Positions 61,401 through 64,000 of a stretch of DNA of 64,000 nucleotides are shown here, piece by piece. Made by a program: the position numbers and the translations under genes. The stretch spans positions 62,001 to 126,000 of the forward strand of contig JAPDFW010000097.1 of the NCBI GenBank assembly GCA_028826165.1, in the 5' to 3' direction. Each line of letters begins with the position of its first letter. Positions within the stretch are counted from its first letter, which is position 1. The notes under the pieces are model-generated. The model searched no databases. It saw nothing but the letters and a program-made list of their open reading frames with translations, and was not told the origin of the DNA. Source of the stretch: Anaeramoeba ignava BMAN. Its lineage: Eukaryota > Protista > Anaeramoebae.

Positions 61401-63289
61401 AAAATCAAAATGAAAACAAAATGAAAACAAATTTAAAACAAAATGAAAACAAAATGAAAACAATATGAAAACAAATTTAAAACAAATTTAAAACAAAATT
61501 AAAACAAAATTAAAACAAAATTAAAACAAAATGAAAACAATTTAATATTTAATATTTAATATTTAATTCAATTCAATATTCAATTCAATATTTAATTCAA
61601 TATTTAATTCAATTTAATTCAATATTTAATTCAATATTTAATTCAATTTAATTCAATATTTAATTCAATATTTAATTCAATATTTAATTCAATATTTAAT
61701 TTAATTCAATTCAATTCAATTCAATTTAATTTAATTCAATTTAATTCAATTCAATATTTAATTCAATATTTAATTCAATATTTAATATTTAAATATTTAA
61801 TTATTTAATATTTAATTCAATTCAATTATTCAATTCATTCAATTCAATATTCAAATTTTAATATTTAATTCAATTCAATATTCAATTCAATATTCAATTC
61901 AATTCCAATATTTAAATTTAATTCAATTTCAATTTAATATTTAATATTCAATTCAATTCAATTCAATATTTAATTCGATTTTAATTCAATTTCATATTCA
62001 ATTTTAATTTTAATTCAATTCAAATTTAATTTAATATTTAATTCTATATTTAATTTAATTCAATTCAATTTAATATTTAATATTCAATTCAATATTTAAT
62101 TCAATTTAATTCAATTCAATATTTAATTCAATTCAATTCAATTCAATTCAATATTTAATTCAATTCAATTTGATTCAATTTAATTCAAATTTAATTTTAA
62201 TTTCAATTCAATTCAATTCAATTTAATTCAATATTTAATATTTAATATTTAATTCAATTCAATATTCAATTCAATATTTAATTCAATTTAATTCAATTCA
62301 ATTCAATATTCAATTTAATATTCAATCCAATTCAATTCAATTCAATATTTAATTTAATTCAATTCAATTTAATATTCAATATTTAATTCAATTTTTAATT
62401 CAATTCAATTTTTAATTTAATTCAATTCAATATTTAATTTAATTCAATTCAATATTTAATTTAATTCAATTCAATATTTAATATTCAATTTAATTTAATT
62501 CAATATTTAATTTAATTCAATATTTAATTTAATTCAATTCAATTTAATTCAATTTAATTCAATATTCAATTTAATTTAATTCAATATTTAATTCAATTCA
62601 TTATTTAATTCAATTTAATTCAATATTCAATTCAATTCAATATTTAATTTAATTCAATTCAATTCAATTCAATATTTAATTCAATATTTAATTCAATATT
62701 TAATTCAATATTTAATTTAATTCAATTCAATTTAATTCAATTTAATTCAATATAATTTAATTCAATTCAATATTCAATTTAATTCAATTCAATATTCAAT
62801 TTAATATTCAATCCAATTCAATTCAATTCAATATTTAATTTAATTCAAAAATGAATTAAAATGGGAAAAGAAAAAATTTTTTTTTAATTTTGATTGTTTT
62901 TTTTTTACTGAAGAAATGTTAAATTTTGAAGTAATTCTTGAAGAAGAAAACCATCACAAAAATCATTTGATAAATCTTTACAAGGAATTTCTTTACTAAT
63001 ATTAGTTTTAATCCAATTAAGAAAAACCTTTTTTTTATTTTTTTTTAAATTTTTTTATAAATTTTTTTAATTTAATAAATTTTATAAATGATCTTTAAAT
63101 AAAATAAAAGAAATTAATTGAATTTTATTGATATTTTTTTAGTTAAAGATTTTATTTTTGCTTTTTTTTTATTTATAAAAATTTATACAAATAATTAATC
63201 ATATTAATAATATTAATAATATATTTTTTTTTTACTTTTGGGTTTTTAATTATAATTTCATCTTTCTTTTGATATGTAAGACTTAACAT
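58444..63289 (-). CDS. Tandem calponin-homology (actin-binding-type) domain protein with long coiled coil; multi-exon, apparent frameshift near 59575-59600; start codon tentative
   Basis: KVFLNWIK...DLSNDFCDGFLLQELLQNL (63030-62909), IVENNKKEILQMIWDLI, LLKSWINS...ISNFTD, FDGQVFAMILNHYFPDLI; then heptad-rich ORFs 59564-60628 and 58444-59574. Confidence 0.75.
61400..62850. repeat. Intronic satellite ((AAAACAAAAT)-type block then AATTC/AATTT/AATAT mosaic) in intron 61394-62908
   Basis: Direct tandem repeats. Confidence 0.9.
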
Positions 63290-63382
63290 AAAAGAAATAA
63301 GAAAATAAAAATAAAAAAAGAAAAGAAAAAATAAAAAAATTTTTTTCATTTTTTTTTTCATTTTTTTTTCATTTTTTTTTCA

Positions 63383-63721
63383 ATGGGATCAATAGATGTT
63401 TCAAAACAAAGATTTCCATTTTGCATTGTTTGGACACCGATTCCAGTTCTAAGTTGGTTATTTCCATTTATTGGACATGTTGGAATTGGGGATTCTAACG
63501 GAATAATTCATGATTTTGCTGGTCCTTATTATGTTAGAAAAGATAATATGGCTTTTGGAAAACCTACAAAATATTATCAACTCAATCTTTCTTGTTCTCT
63601 TTCTCAATTCCAATCTGCTGTTGAGCAAGCTACTGATGAGTTTTCTCAAACAAATTATAATTTATTATGGAAAAATTGTCATTATTTTGTTGCTCGTGTT
63701 CTTGATATTATTCATTATAAA
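63383..63721 (+). CDS. TMEM222: TMEM222 / RTE1-like (DUF778) protein, first exon; gene continues beyond the window
   Basis: RFPFCIVWTPIPVLSWLFPFIGHVGI...IHDFAGPYYV..DNMAFGKPTKY, YNLLWKNCHYFVA. Confidence 0.93.
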
Positions 63722-63724
63722 GTT

Positions 63725-64000
63725 TATAAATATAAATATAAAAATAAATATAAATATAAATATAAATATAAATATAAATATAAATCTAAAATTAAAATAT
63801 AGATATAAAATTAAAATATAAATACAAATATAAATATAAATAAAAATATAAATATAAATATAAATACAAATATAAATATAAATATAAAATATATAAAATA
63901 TAAATATAAAATAAAATAAAATATAAATATAAATAAATCTAAATATAAAAAATATAAATATAAATATAAAATATAAATATAAATATATAAATATAAATAT
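63725..64000. repeat. Intronic microsatellite (ATAAAT)n
   Basis: Direct hexamer repeats after the putative donor at 63722. Confidence 0.9.

Overview
Extremely AT-rich, intron-containing eukaryotic (protist) DNA with about 19 tightly packed protein genes and one tRNA gene. The NQ/NE low-complexity proteins, PAS protein and Inr-like promoters resemble the anaerobic metamonad Anaeramoeba; this is an inference, not verified. Genes: WDR81-like BEACH protein, a RING1-IBR plus MYCBP2-type RING-Cys-relay E3 ligase, a PAS protein, a giant degenerate neurobeachin-like BEACH protein, UTP11, a membrane protein, tRNA-Leu(UAG), EBP2, dephospho-CoA kinase, a hypothetical protein, CSE1, an SPFH protein, Ras, importin-7/8, a [2Fe-2S] ferredoxin, a TMEM203-like protein, a BTB-armadillo protein, a RING protein, a CH-domain coiled-coil protein and partial TMEM222. 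The standout, invisible in the ORF track, is at 49312-56904: a BTB + coiled-coil protein carrying 17 armadillo repeats. Each repeat is its own symmetric phase-1 exon cassette (129 or 132 nt), with a near-invariant scaffold and a few hypervariable, mosaic codons on one face of helix 3. This looks like a recombination- or splicing-diversified recognition receptor, possibly a Cullin-3 adaptor. Other notable items: a 3.3 kb tandem array carrying repeated 5' heads of the adjacent tRNA, A-rich AAG splice acceptors, a TCATTTT initiator-like element before most genes, and satellite-filled introns sharing a diagnostic interruption motif. Several frameshifts are most likely homopolymer sequencing errors. 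All exon boundaries were read by eye.
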